64,000 bases of DNA from Myxococcales bacterium (GCA_043747615.1 JAYTOU010000093.1:32001-96000), one strand, 5' to 3'. Shown: positions 48,776-59,225, counted from the first letter of the stretch. Numbers and translations are program-made. Notes: generated by a model not told the origin, from the letters alone.

Positions 48776-49804
48776 ATGCGAACCTGGCTAATTTTGGCAG
48801 CATCGATGAGTGCCTCGCTTTGTACGGGCTGCTACGGGGAGACGATCGAGCCGGGGCACCGCGGCCTCTTCTTCGACCCGCGTAACGGCGGTTTGCAGCA
48901 CGAGGTCCTCGCACCCGGCTACCACAAGGTCGGCCTGCACGGACGCATCGACGACTTCGACGTCACGTACTCCACCAACAAAGAAGAGGTACGGACTACG
49001 TCCCAGGAGGGTCTCGCTCTCGCGTTGAAGGTGGCCATTCGCTACCGCCCGGTAGTCGCCGAGCTCTACGAGCTCGATACGGAAGTCGGCCCGAACTACT
49101 ACGAGGAGGTGGTGGGGCCCGAGTTTCGCAGCGCCGCGCGCGGTGTGTTTGCGCGTCACTCTTATCTGGACCTCCAGAAGAACAACGAGAAGCTCGAGGA
49201 CGAAGTGGAGGCGGAGCTGCGCCGTCGGACGCAAGGCAAGCACGTCGAGATCAGCTCGATCACGCTCGAGTCAGTGGAGTATGCGCCGGAAATCATCAAC
49301 GCGGTGCGCGCGAAATTGGTCGGCGAACAAGAGGCGATCAAGCAGAAGGCCCAACTCGAGAACGAGTCGCTCCGGCGAAAGCTCGAGCTCGAGCGAGGCG
49401 CCGAACAAGAAAAGTTGAAGGCCGAGGCGGCGTTCCGCCAGAAGGAAAACGAGCGGGCGATCGCCGAGCAGCAGGCGCTGATCGACAAGGTGAAAGCCGA
49501 GAACGATGCGACGACGCGGGTGACCAAGGCGAGGGCCGAGGCCGAGGAAGTAAAGCTCATGGCCAAGGCCCATGCGGAGGAGCGAAAAGCGGCCGCGATC
49601 GGCCTCACGCCACTCGCCGTACAGATGCACGCCTACGACGCCCTTGGTCAGCTCGGAGGAAATGGCACCACGATCTACCTGGGCGATTGGTCGCGAGCGC
49701 CGAACTTCCTCTTCCCACCGCTGATGGGAGCGTACGGCAGCCCAGTCCGCAATTCCTCGTTCCAGCCCGCCATCTCGAAAAAGGACGATACGCCCTATAA
49801 GTAG
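48776..49804 (+). CDS. SPFH/prohibitin (band 7) family lipoprotein
   Basis: AAGGAG RBS; TGC lipobox; IEPGHRG, PGYH, coiled-coil AEAE-rich C-terminus. Confidence 0.88.
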   Translation: MRTWLILAASMSASLCTGCYGETIEPGHRGLFFDPRNGGLQHEVLAPGYHKVGLHGRIDDFDVTYSTNKEEVRTTSQEGLALALKVAIRYRPVVAELYELDTEVGPNYYEEVVGPEFRSAARGVFARHSYLDLQKNNEKLEDEVEAELRRRTQGKHVEISSITLESVEYAPEIINAVRAKLVGEQEAIKQKAQLENESLRRKLELERGAEQEKLKAEAAFRQKENERAIAEQQALIDKVKAENDATTRVTKARAEAEEVKLMAKAHAEERKAAAIGLTPLAVQMHAYDALGQLGGNGTTIYLGDWSRAPNFLFPPLMGAYGSPVRNSSFQPAISKKDDTPYK

Positions 49805-49867
49805 CCCCGAACGCCGCGCATCACGCACGAAACGGCTCAGCATCCCTTGTCATCGGTAATGCCGTGC

Positions 49868-49894
49868 CTATAGTGACCGGCCAGTCAATTATAG
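49868..49894. promoter_or_regulatory. Palindromic operator, probable TetR autoregulatory site
   Basis: CTATAg-TGACCGGCCAGTCA-atTATAG directly upstream of tetR. Confidence 0.65.
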
Positions 49895-49903
49895 GGGGTT
49901 TCG

Positions 49904-50566
49904 ATGGCACGCCTGCCGGATCTGACGGCCAAGATTTCGCTTCTCCGCGCCGCGGAAGAAGTATTTTTCGAGAAGGGCTTGGCCGCCGCGAAGGTCGAGG
50001 AGATCACGCGCCGAGCCCGGCTCTCGAAGGGAGCGTTCTATCTCCACTTCGACAGCAAGGAGGAGGCTTTCCGCCAGCTCGTCGAGTCCTTCCTTGCGCA
50101 TTTGAGCAGCACTCTTCGCCCACCGAGCGACTACTCGACGCTCCCCCGAACGCCCGCCGACGTCCTGCAGTTCTGTCTGGATCGCGACACCCAGACGTTC
50201 GAGCTCCTGTGGCAAAATAGGGCGATCGTCTCGATCTTGGGCAGCTGCCACGGGCCTCACGTGTACCTGATGGAGACCTTCCGCAAGGACGTGGAAGTGC
50301 ACTCGCGCGCCTGGTTCGCGATCTGGCAGGAGATGGGTCTTTTCCGGACGGACCTCGACGGCGACATCATCGCGACCCTGATGTGTGGCGCGTACCACGA
50401 GCTCGTCCACCGGATGCTCGCGTCGCCGAAGAAGCCGCCGCTCGTCGAGTGGCTCCGGCAGGCGCAGGGCGCGTTCGTCCAAGGCCTCGGCACGCCCGCG
50501 CTGACCCAGGCCATCCACCGCGCCGCAAGGCGGGTGCGCAGCGCACGGAAAGACAGGGAGAGCTGA
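49904..50566 (+). CDS. TetR/AcrR family transcriptional regulator
   Basis: AAEEVFFEKG...VEEIT..A.LSKGAFYLHFDSKE HTH. Confidence 0.93.
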   Translation: MARLPDLTAKISLLRAAEEVFFEKGLAAAKVEEITRRARLSKGAFYLHFDSKEEAFRQLVESFLAHLSSTLRPPSDYSTLPRTPADVLQFCLDRDTQTFELLWQNRAIVSILGSCHGPHVYLMETFRKDVEVHSRAWFAIWQEMGLFRTDLDGDIIATLMCGAYHELVHRMLASPKKPPLVEWLRQAQGAFVQGLGTPALTQAIHRAARRVRSARKDRES

Positions 50567-51768
50567 TGAACGCACTCGATGCAAAGGGCGCCGATTCCTC
50601 CGATCCGCCGTCGCCGGTGATGCAGGCCCCGCCGCACACGCCTGCAGCAGGTACGCGGGTGGCGATGCTGATCGGCATTCTCGCCTCGCTCACGCTTGCC
50701 GGCTTCCTCGGGCTCCGCGTGAAGCAAGCGCTCGACAAGCGCGAGGCGCTCGCGGGGGAGCGTACGCACGCCCAAGTCGTGGCTGCCGAGAAGCCCGCAA
50801 TGCTGATCATCAGCCCGGTCGCGACCATGTACCGTCCGCGCATCGAGGTCACTGGGACGCTTCGGCCGTGGCGCGACGCGGATGTGGGCTTCGAGCTCGG
50901 CGGTCGACTGGTGAGCCTCCAAGTGGCGACGGGACAGATCGTAAAAACGGGCCAAACGCTGGCCGTGCTCGATGGCAACGGGGCCGCGGCGCAGGTCAGT
51001 CAGGCCGAAGCGGCGAGCCATGTCCAAGAGGCGCAGCTCGCGCTGGCCGAGGACAACCTCCGTCGCACCGAGGCGCTTGTGGCCTCACGATCGATCCCCG
51101 AGGCCCAAGCCGAGCAGGCACGCCAGCAGGTGAAGCTCGCGCGAGCACAGCTCGAAGGCGCTGGAGCCTCGGCGCGGCTGGCGCGAACGGGTCAGGGAAA
51201 TCGCTCCATCGTCGCTCCCTTCGAGGGACTGGTGACGAAGGCACCCACGGCGGCGGGCGGCGTGGTGCAACCCGGTGCGGCGCTCGTGCACATCGAGGAT
51301 CTGTCGCGCCTCCGTCTGAGTGCCAGCGTGGGAGAAGATGACGCGCTCCTCGTCAAGCTGGGCGCGCCGGTGAACGTGGCTACTCGTGACCGGTCGGTCA
51401 TTGGTCGGATCTCGGCGATCATTCCCTCGCTCGATCAGGCCACACGGCGCGCTCCCATCGAAGTGGAAGTGCCGAACGATCCCAAGGCGCCTCTCTTGGC
51501 CTGGAGCTTCGTGCACGCCGCAGTCGAAGGCGGGGCAGAGGTGCCGGCCCTTCGCATCCCGGCAACGGCTCGGCGGCCTGGCTCGCAGAGCGAGGTCATC
51601 AGGCTGGTCGACGGACACGCTCACATTGTCCGGGTCGTTCGTGCGGTCGGTCCCGACGGTGCGTGGTTGGTGCGCGACGGCCTTACCGCCAACGACGTGA
51701 TCCTCGCGGCGCCGGACGGAGACGTGAAAGAGGGAGACGCCATCGAGAAGACGGAGCTCGCGAAGTGA
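50566..51768 (+). CDS. RND efflux periplasmic adaptor (MFP)
   Basis: N-terminal TM, lipoyl halves (GQ.VK.GQ.L, I.APF.G), alpha-hairpin, D..TR. Confidence 0.9.
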   Translation: MNALDAKGADSSDPPSPVMQAPPHTPAAGTRVAMLIGILASLTLAGFLGLRVKQALDKREALAGERTHAQVVAAEKPAMLIISPVATMYRPRIEVTGTLRPWRDADVGFELGGRLVSLQVATGQIVKTGQTLAVLDGNGAAAQVSQAEAASHVQEAQLALAEDNLRRTEALVASRSIPEAQAEQARQQVKLARAQLEGAGASARLARTGQGNRSIVAPFEGLVTKAPTAAGGVVQPGAALVHIEDLSRLRLSASVGEDDALLVKLGAPVNVATRDRSVIGRISAIIPSLDQATRRAPIEVEVPNDPKAPLLAWSFVHAAVEGGAEVPALRIPATARRPGSQSEVIRLVDGHAHIVRVVRAVGPDGAWLVRDGLTANDVILAAPDGDVKEGDAIEKTELAK

Positions 51769-51823
51769 ACCGCCTTGCTACCAGCCACGGGTCGATCCAA
51801 GTCGGGGAAGGCCGGAGGCAGAA

Positions 51824-54800
51824 GTGAATATCTCCGCGATCGCGATCCGCCGGCCGGTGTTCACCGTGATGGTGACCCTGGCCCTGATGGTGTTCGGGCT
51901 TCTCGGGCTCTCTCGCCTCGGGACGGATCTCTTTCCCGACGTCACCTTCCCGTTCGTCTCGGTGAACATCGCCTACCCCGGCGCGTCTCCGAGCGAGGTG
52001 GAAGCCCTTGTTTCCAAGCCGATCGAGGATGCGGTGGTCTCCCTCAACGGGATCGATCGCGTACGCACGTATTCGCGCGAAGGGCTCTCCACCACCTTCG
52101 TGATCTTCAAGCTGGGGGTCGACATCCAGGAAGCGGCGAACCTCGTTCGCGAGCGCGTCGCACAGACGCGCTTCAAGCTGCCGCAGGAAGTAAAAGAGCC
52201 CGCCGTCACCCGCTTGGACGTCAGCGCGGCGCCGGTCCTCACGTACACGCTGAGCGGCGGCGGAATGTCCCTGGCCGAGACGGCGAAGTTCGCGCGCGAC
52301 GTCCTCCGGCCTTCGCTCGAGCAGGTCGACGGCGTGGCCGCGCTCCAGGTTCACGGAGGGCCCGAGCGGGAGGTGCACGTCGATCTGAACCTCGCGAAGG
52401 TCGACGGCCTCCATCTCTCCCCGCCTCTGATTTTGGAGCAATTGAAGGCGCAGAACCTCACCGTTCCCGCCGGTCACTTCGACGAAGGTGCGCGTGAGAT
52501 CACCGTGCGTACCGTCGGCGAGTTCAAGACCGTGGACGAGATTCGCAGCCTCATCGTCGCCACCGGGCCCGACGGCTCGAGCGTGCGCCTCTCGGACATC
52601 GCCGAGGTGGACGACGGCTTCGAGGAGATGCGCACCCGGATCCGCTCGAATGGCGAATCCGCCGTCTCTTTCGAAGTGGTGAAGCAGTCGGGTCAGAACA
52701 CGGTGGCCATCTGCGACTCGGTGAAGGCCAAGCTCGCCAAGATACAGCAGACCTTCCCGCCCGGAGTACGCACCAATCTGATCATCGATCAATCGCGATT
52801 CATTCGCGTGAATACCCACGAAGTCGAAGTGTCGATTTTCTTTGGTGGGGCGATGGCTATCCTCGTCATCTTGCTTTTCATGCTCGATATCCGGTCGACC
52901 TTGATCAGCTCGGTGGCGCTTCCGACGAGCGTGATCTCTACTTTCTTCGTGATGTACCTGCTGCATTTCAGTTTGAACATGATGACTCTTCTCGGTTTGA
53001 GCCTGGCCATCGGTCTGCTCATCGACGACGCGGTGGTCGTGCGGGAGAACATCTCGAAGCATCTCGAGCGCGGAGAGGATCCACGCACCGCAGCTCTTGA
53101 GGGGACGAAAGAAATCTCACTCAGCGTTCTTGCCACCACCCTCACCGTGGTCGCGGTGTTCGTGCCGGTGGCCTTCATGAGCGGGATCGTCGGGCAGTTC
53201 TTCCGGCAATTCGGGCTGACCATCGTCGCGGCCGTGCTCATGAGCCTGTTCGTCGCGTTCACGCTCGACCCCATGCTCTCGAGCCGTTTCTCGAAGGCCC
53301 ACCGCCCCGGTGAGAAGGTCCCGTTCGCGCGGCTGAAGGCTCCGTTCCAAGCCGCCTTCGCGGCGATGGACTCGATCTACCGCGCGGTGCTTGGGTGGAC
53401 CGTGAAGCACAAGCTCGTCGTCGGTGGCCTCGCCGTTCTCTCTCTCGTCTTGATGGCGCAGGTCGGAAAGCTGATGGGGAGCGACTTCGTGAACCCCGAA
53501 GATCGCGGTCAGTTCGTGGTCGACCTGGAGCTCCCAGCCGGGACCAAGCTCGACGAGACCGCGCGGATCGCGCTGGCCGGCGAGCGAAAGCTCCTTGAAA
53601 ACAAGCACGTTCTTACGGTGCTCTCCACGCTCGGCCCCGACGGGGACTCCAACAAAGTGAAATGGCGCGTGGTCACGGTGCCGAAGAGTGAGCGTGTCGA
53701 GGGAATCGTCACGCTGAAGAACGAGGCCCGAGAGATCGGTCATGGCCTCCCTGGTGCCCTCATCACGGTCTCCGATCCCCCGTTCGTTGAAGGTGCCGCG
53801 ACGGAAGCGCCGATCATGGTGCAGGTCCGAGCGCCGACCTACGAGGAGCTCGAGCCGCTCGCGCGTCAGTTCACGAGCGCGCTCAAGTCCATCCCCGGCG
53901 TGCAGGACGTGCAGATGAAGTACAGCCCTGGCCGCCCCGAGCTCCGCATCGGGATCGATCGCGACAAGGCGGCGCGCGCGGACATTCCCGTTGCTCAGGT
54001 GGCGATGACCATCCGGGCCTCGATCGAAGGGGACGAGGCTGGCAAGCTCCGGCAGGGCAAGGACGAGATCCCGATCCGGGTGCGCCTCGGGCAGACCGAT
54101 CGCGCCACGATGGAAGACGTGCTTCATATGACCGTGTGGTCACCTAAAGGGCCGATGGCCCTCGAAGACCTTGCCAAGGTCGAGCGCGGCGAAGGGCCGA
54201 ACGTCATCGAGCGTGAGGACCGAGAGCGGCAGATCGTGATCTGGGCCTTTCCGATCAACCGCGCGCTCGGGGAGATCGTTCCGGAGATGAACGCGGCGTT
54301 CGAGAAGATCAAGCTTCCGCCGGGTGGGAGCGTCCACCTCGACGGGCAGGTGAAGCAGATGAACGAGACCAACGGCTCGATGGGCCTCGCCCTCGGCCTC
54401 GCAGTGGTCTTCATCTACATCGTCCTCGCCTCGCAGTTCGAGAGCTTCATTCACCCCTTCACGATCATGCTCACCCTGCCGCTCGCCCTCGTGGGGGCGA
54501 TCGTCGCGCTCTTCCTGGCGAAGACCACGATGGCCATGGGCGCCATGATCGGGATCATCCTTCTCATGGGACTGGTGACGAAGAACGCGATTCTTCTTCT
54601 TGATCGCGCGCTCGTGCGGGTGCGTGAGCACGGCGAGACGCCGCTGCAAGCGATCCTCGAAGCCGGTCCGGATCGCCTTCGGCCGATCCTCATGACGAGC
54701 GCGGCGATGATCCTCGGCATGCTTCCGACTGCGCTGTCGAACGGCGAAGGAAGCGAGTTCCGCGCGCCGATGGCCATCGCTGTCATCGGCGGCGTCATCA

Positions 54801-54931
54801 GCTCGACCTTGCTCTCCCTCATCGTGGTGCCCGCATTTTACCTGGGCATGGAGGGCGCCAAGAAGCGCATCAGCGGATGGCTTGGATTGAAGCCGTCCGC
54901 GCCGGAGCCCATCGGCGAACCTGCGGAGTAG
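51824..54931 (+). CDS. RND efflux transporter permease (AcrB/HAE1 family)
   Basis: RRPV, YPGASP.EVE, GLLIDDAVVV.EN, KNAILL, RLRPILMT. Confidence 0.95.
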   Translation: MNISAIAIRRPVFTVMVTLALMVFGLLGLSRLGTDLFPDVTFPFVSVNIAYPGASPSEVEALVSKPIEDAVVSLNGIDRVRTYSREGLSTTFVIFKLGVDIQEAANLVRERVAQTRFKLPQEVKEPAVTRLDVSAAPVLTYTLSGGGMSLAETAKFARDVLRPSLEQVDGVAALQVHGGPEREVHVDLNLAKVDGLHLSPPLILEQLKAQNLTVPAGHFDEGAREITVRTVGEFKTVDEIRSLIVATGPDGSSVRLSDIAEVDDGFEEMRTRIRSNGESAVSFEVVKQSGQNTVAICDSVKAKLAKIQQTFPPGVRTNLIIDQSRFIRVNTHEVEVSIFFGGAMAILVILLFMLDIRSTLISSVALPTSVISTFFVMYLLHFSLNMMTLLGLSLAIGLLIDDAVVVRENISKHLERGEDPRTAALEGTKEISLSVLATTLTVVAVFVPVAFMSGIVGQFFRQFGLTIVAAVLMSLFVAFTLDPMLSSRFSKAHRPGEKVPFARLKAPFQAAFAAMDSIYRAVLGWTVKHKLVVGGLAVLSLVLMAQVGKLMGSDFVNPEDRGQFVVDLELPAGTKLDETARIALAGERKLLENKHVLTVLSTLGPDGDSNKVKWRVVTVPKSERVEGIVTLKNEAREIGHGLPGALITVSDPPFVEGAATEAPIMVQVRAPTYEELEPLARQFTSALKSIPGVQDVQMKYSPGRPELRIGIDRDKAARADIPVAQVAMTIRASIEGDEAGKLRQGKDEIPIRVRLGQTDRATMEDVLHMTVWSPKGPMALEDLAKVERGEGPNVIEREDRERQIVIWAFPINRALGEIVPEMNAAFEKIKLPPGGSVHLDGQVKQMNETNGSMGLALGLAVVFIYIVLASQFESFIHPFTIMLTLPLALVGAIVALFLAKTTMAMGAMIGIILLMGLVTKNAILLLDRALVRVREHGETPLQAILEAGPDRLRPILMTSAAMILGMLPTALSNGEGSEFRAPMAIAVIGGVISSTLLSLIVVPAFYLGMEGAKKRISGWLGLKPSAPEPIGEPAE

Positions 54932-55570
54932 TCACACCCGATAGCGGACTGCGCGTCTGCCGCTGCCGGCGCTCGGCAAGGTGTACGACGCGTCCTCTTC
55001 TAGGCTCGTCTCTCCCTGGTCCGGCGGGGCATCGCGGGCGAGAAGCACCCAGACGTCGCCGCCGGGGCGAACCAAACGCGTACCAAGCGCGAGCCACTCC
55101 GACGGTGACAGCGTCGCGCGCGAGACGGCTACGTCGAAGGCGTTCGGGGACTGCGTGACCAATTGATCGCCCTTCATGCGCTGGATGGTCACGTCGAGGC
55201 GATCGAGGTGACCCAGGCAGGTGCGGAGAAACGCAGTCCTCTTGGCCAGCGGTTCGACGAGGGTGACCCGCAAGTCAGGACGGACGATCGCGAGAGCGAG
55301 ACCGGGCGCGCCGGCCCCTACTCCGACGTCGACGACCTGGGCAGCCTGAGGAATACGTGCCGAGAGCACCAAGGCATCGGCGAGCATGAGCTCGAGAAGC
55401 TCCACCTGGGAGCGCGCGGCCGTGAGATCGAGCTTCGCATTCCAGAGCACGAGCAGGTCGAGCCAGGCGCAGATGGCCCGCGTAGCATCCTGCGTGAGGC
55501 TCACGGAGAAGTGCGCGGCCACGGGACCAAGCGGCCACGTGTTTCCCATCGGACGCAAATCGGCGACCAT
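54932..55570 (-). CDS. rsmG: 16S rRNA m7G527 methyltransferase RsmG-like
   Basis: WN..LDLTA, DVGVGAGAPG, LVEP..KR..FL, SRA; start 55570 or 55549. Confidence 0.75.
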   Translation of the reverse strand: MVADLRPMGNTWPLGPVAAHFSVSLTQDATRAICAWLDLLVLWNAKLDLTAARSQVELLELMLADALVLSARIPQAAQVVDVGVGAGAPGLALAIVRPDLRVTLVEPLAKRTAFLRTCLGHLDRLDVTIQRMKGDQLVTQSPNAFDVAVSRATLSPSEWLALGTRLVRPGGDVWVLLARDAPPDQGETSLEEDASYTLPSAGSGRRAVRYRV

Positions 55571-55600
55571 TTTCAGCGGGTGTGATAGCACGCACCGCAC

Positions 55601-56635
55601 ATGGCCGACCTGGACTTCCTACCTCTGAGCGAGCTCGTCCTGAAGGTTGAGAGAGACGCTTCGTTTTCCCGGACGGAGATGCCGGGCGGCGCCTCTACGC
55701 GCAGGTACTTTCGGATCGCTTTTTCGTCCGGGAAGAGCGCAGTCGCCATGTTCGTCCCTGAAGGCGGGAAGCCCGAGGAGATTCACAAGGCTGCGGAGCA
55801 CCGGCGCTGGCCCTTTCTCGAGGTGCGTGAGCTCCTTGCGTCGTGCGGCGTCGATGTGCCCCGCATCCTCGCGGAGGACACCGATCGAGGCTGGCTACTG
55901 CTCGAAGATCTGGGCGACGACACCCTGGCCAACGTCCTCAGCGCGTACCCTGCAAGGAAAGCTGCACTCTACACGCAAGCCGTGACCGACCTCGCTCGCG
56001 CCCAGGCGCGCCTCTCGACTCTCCCCGACGACTGCGTGGTGAAGACGCGCTCCTTCGACGACGACCTCCTCCGTTTGGAGATCGATCATTTTCGGGAGTG
56101 GGGCCTCGATGCCCGCGGGAAATCGCTAGGTCCGAGCGATCGGGCGCTCTTCGACGGCATCGCCTCGCGACTCGCCAAGCGCATCTCCGCCCTTCCTTAT
56201 GGCTTCACACACCGCGATTACCAGTCACGCAACCTGATGGTGCGCCCCTCGGGTGCGCTCACGTGGATTGATTTTCAGGACGCCCTCCTCGGACCGCGGG
56301 TCTACGATCTCGTCGCCCTTCTCAACGACAGCTACCAGGAGTTCGATCGCCCCTTCGTCGAAGCGAGGCTCGACGAGTTCGCCGCCACGGCGAAGCTCTC
56401 GCCCACGGAACGCGAGGCGTTGGAGCTCCAGTTCGATCTCGTCACCGTGCAGCGAAAATTGAAAGATGCTGGCCGCTTCGTCTTCATCGATCGCGTCAAG
56501 CAGAACGCATCGTTCTTGCGCTTCGTCTCGCCCACCGTCGCCAAGGTGAAGTCGGCGCTCACCCGACTCTCGGCGCGTGACGAAGACATGAGCGCGCTCG
56601 GCGAAATCCTCGCCCGCGTCCTCCCAGACGAGTAG
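55601..56635 (+). CDS. Phosphotransferase, AmgK (anomeric MurNAc/GlcNAc kinase)-like
   Basis: GGASTRRYFR, LLEDLGD, HRDYQSRNLM, IDFQDA..GP..YDLVALL.D, QRKLK..G.F. Confidence 0.8.
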   Translation: MADLDFLPLSELVLKVERDASFSRTEMPGGASTRRYFRIAFSSGKSAVAMFVPEGGKPEEIHKAAEHRRWPFLEVRELLASCGVDVPRILAEDTDRGWLLLEDLGDDTLANVLSAYPARKAALYTQAVTDLARAQARLSTLPDDCVVKTRSFDDDLLRLEIDHFREWGLDARGKSLGPSDRALFDGIASRLAKRISALPYGFTHRDYQSRNLMVRPSGALTWIDFQDALLGPRVYDLVALLNDSYQEFDRPFVEARLDEFAATAKLSPTEREALELQFDLVTVQRKLKDAGRFVFIDRVKQNASFLRFVSPTVAKVKSALTRLSARDEDMSALGEILARVLPDE

Positions 56636-56667
56636 CCAAAGTTCAAACGTCGAGTAGGATGGCGCCC

Positions 56668-57051
56668 ATGAATACACGTGCGTACGCCGTTGCTCTTGCC
56701 TGCACCTGCCTGTTGGCGTGCTCGTCGTCCACGCCCGCCAATAAGGCGCCGGTCATCGATGTCGTGGATATGCCGGCCACCGCAATGGGGACGAATGGCA
56801 ACTACGTCATCCAGGGATCAATCACGTTTCACGACGACGACGACACCGTAAACCAACTTCGTCTCGAAGCCGACGGCGCACAAAGCGCGCCCCCGAGCAC
56901 GTTTCCGCAACCGGCCACGATGGGGAAGGCGCCGCTCGCCCTTACGTTCACCGGCGCGACGCCCGGCCTGGTCCTCAACTACCGAATCAGCGTGATCGAT
57001 TCGCGCGGGCTCGAGAGCGCGAAGACCATGAAGACGGTCACCCTCCAGTAG
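56668..57051 (+). CDS. Hypothetical lipoprotein (Ig-like)
   Basis: LLAC lipobox; NKAP.I; TAGGAT-N7-ATG favours start 56668 over 56659. Confidence 0.75.
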   Translation: MNTRAYAVALACTCLLACSSSTPANKAPVIDVVDMPATAMGTNGNYVIQGSITFHDDDDTVNQLRLEADGAQSAPPSTFPQPATMGKAPLALTFTGATPGLVLNYRISVIDSRGLESAKTMKTVTLQ

Positions 57052-57071
57052 CGCGGTCCACAAGAAGATCG

Positions 57072-59225
57072 ATGCCACGCCCGCGTCGCGTTTCGTCGCC
57101 CCGGATCGAACGCCGAAAAGCGCCGGAGCGATCAGCCTCTCCGCCGCCGATCACCCCCCGGCGCGTGGCGCTCCATCCGCACGGGCTCGATCTCACGCCG
57201 GCTGCAAAAAAGCCCTCGATCCTGCCGCTCTATGCCGGCGCCATGCATTACTGGCGGCACGATCCGGCGTGGTGGGAAGCTGGGCTCGATGGCCTGAAGT
57301 CGATGGGACTGCGGCTCCTCGACACCTATGTTCCGTGGTCGGAGCACGAGATCGAAGCGGGCATTTTCGATTTCGGTGAGAGAAATCCGCAGCTCGATGT
57401 CGCTCGCTTTCTGACCCTCGCACACGAACGCGATTTGAAAGTCGTCTTGCGACCCGGGCCGCACATCAACGCCGAGCTCACCAACTTTGGTCTTCCCGAG
57501 CGTGTGGTGTGGGACCGCGCGTGCCAGGCGCGAACCCCGCGCGACAACCCGGTGATGCTGCCGATGCTGCCGGTGGCGTTCCCCGTGCCGAGCTATGCGA
57601 GCGCGATTTTTCACGACGAGGTCGAGCGGTGGTTCGATGCGGTGGGCACGAGACTCTCGCACCTTCGTCATCCGGAAGGCCCCATCGTCCTCGTTCAGGT
57701 AGACAACGAAGGCGCTCTTTATTTTCGCGATGGTCCCTACGACCAGGACTATCACCCCGACGCGGTCGCGCTTTTTCGAGCGTTTTTGCGGACGAAGTAC
57801 AAGTCAGCGCGCACCCTCCGAGATGCTTGGAACGATCCCGACGTGGCGTTCGCGACGCTGCTTCCGCCGGTGCGCTTCGACGCGCGGACGGCCGACGACG
57901 TTTCCCGGCACATGGACTGGATGGAGTTCCACGAGCACCTGCTCGCCTCGGGGATCGAGCGGATGGCGCGCTCGCTTGCGGCGTCCGGGCTCGGCGAGCT
58001 TCCCACGATGCACAACTTTCCTCCGGGCGAAGCGGCCACACCACTCAACGCCGCGCGCATGGCCAAGGGCATCGACCTGATCGGGCTCGACTACTACCAC
58101 GCCGCGTCTGCTGACGATCACCTCACGATTTTTCGGCGTACGAGTGAGCTCGCAGCTCGCTGCGAAGGAAGGGGCGTTCCTCCGTACGCCGCTGAGATGG
58201 GCGCCGGGTTTCCGCCCTTCTTTGCGCCGCTCGACGAAGAGGATTCGCTTTACGCACTGATGACCGCGCTCGCTTACGGGCTCCGGGGCTTCAATCTCTA
58301 CATGGCGGTCGAGCGCGATCGTTGGATCGGCGCGCCAATCGACCTCCACGGTTTGCGTCGCCCTCTCGCCCGCAAATACGAGGCCCTGTCGGCTGCCCTC
58401 GAGCGGACGCAGTTTCATACCCTGAAGCGAAGCGTGCGCGTGCGGCTCGTCGTCCCGCGATCGCTACGTCGTCAAGCGAGAGCGACGCACGCCTTCGGGC
58501 CACTTACCCCTGCCCTGTTCAACGTGCTCGGTCAGGGCTATCGCGAGAGCTGCCTCGAAGAGAACTTCGAGAATGCGGCGGTGCCCGCGGCGACGATCGT
58601 CGGAGAGAGTTACCTCCGTGCGTTCGAGCGCGCCCTCTGGGCACGGGGCGTTCCGTTCTCGTATGCCGGCGGTGAGAGCTTCGACGCGAGCACCACGGGA
58701 GCGGAGTGGATCATCTGTGCTACGCCAGGCGGCGTGAAGGAGGATTTCGTGTCCAGCCTTCGCGCTGCGAGCGAGAGCGGTGCACGAGTAACGATCGGAC
58801 CGAGCTTGCCCCAACGCGACGGATCCATGAGACGGATGTCGAAGCCCCACGACACGCGCGGCCTCGAGCTCGAGCCGCTCGAAGATCTGGCGCGGGCAGA
58901 CGCCCTCGTGGCGAAACGTATCGAAGAGCTCGGTCTTCCCACCTATCCCGTCGATCCCCAGAGCACGTACGTATGCGTGCACGAGGACGACGAGGGAGCT
59001 CCGCGGGTGGTGATGGTGATGAACCCCACCGCTGAAGAAGTGGTCGTCAAGTTCGCGCTCGGAGGGGCGCTCTGCCTCGAAGATCTCTTGGCGCGTGATC
59101 CCACGACGATCGATCGGGCAGGAGGCGGCTTCGAGCTCAGCGTCCCCGCCCGCACGGTGCGGATGCTGTCCGTCACTCAGGTCGTGGAGCGCGCGAGGAC
59201 GTACGAAGATACAGAAGCGCCCTGA
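57072..59225 (+). CDS. Beta-galactosidase-like glycoside hydrolase (GH35/GH42-like)
   Basis: GAMHYWR, TYVPW..HE, RPGPHINAE, QVDNE acid/base, AEM nucleophile region, FNLYM. Confidence 0.85.
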   Translation: MPRPRRVSSPRIERRKAPERSASPPPITPRRVALHPHGLDLTPAAKKPSILPLYAGAMHYWRHDPAWWEAGLDGLKSMGLRLLDTYVPWSEHEIEAGIFDFGERNPQLDVARFLTLAHERDLKVVLRPGPHINAELTNFGLPERVVWDRACQARTPRDNPVMLPMLPVAFPVPSYASAIFHDEVERWFDAVGTRLSHLRHPEGPIVLVQVDNEGALYFRDGPYDQDYHPDAVALFRAFLRTKYKSARTLRDAWNDPDVAFATLLPPVRFDARTADDVSRHMDWMEFHEHLLASGIERMARSLAASGLGELPTMHNFPPGEAATPLNAARMAKGIDLIGLDYYHAASADDHLTIFRRTSELAARCEGRGVPPYAAEMGAGFPPFFAPLDEEDSLYALMTALAYGLRGFNLYMAVERDRWIGAPIDLHGLRRPLARKYEALSAALERTQFHTLKRSVRVRLVVPRSLRRQARATHAFGPLTPALFNVLGQGYRESCLEENFENAAVPAATIVGESYLRAFERALWARGVPFSYAGGESFDASTTGAEWIICATPGGVKEDFVSSLRAASESGARVTIGPSLPQRDGSMRRMSKPHDTRGLELEPLEDLARADALVAKRIEELGLPTYPVDPQSTYVCVHEDDEGAPRVVMVMNPTAEEVVVKFALGGALCLEDLLARDPTTIDRAGGGFELSVPARTVRMLSVTQVVERARTYEDTEAP

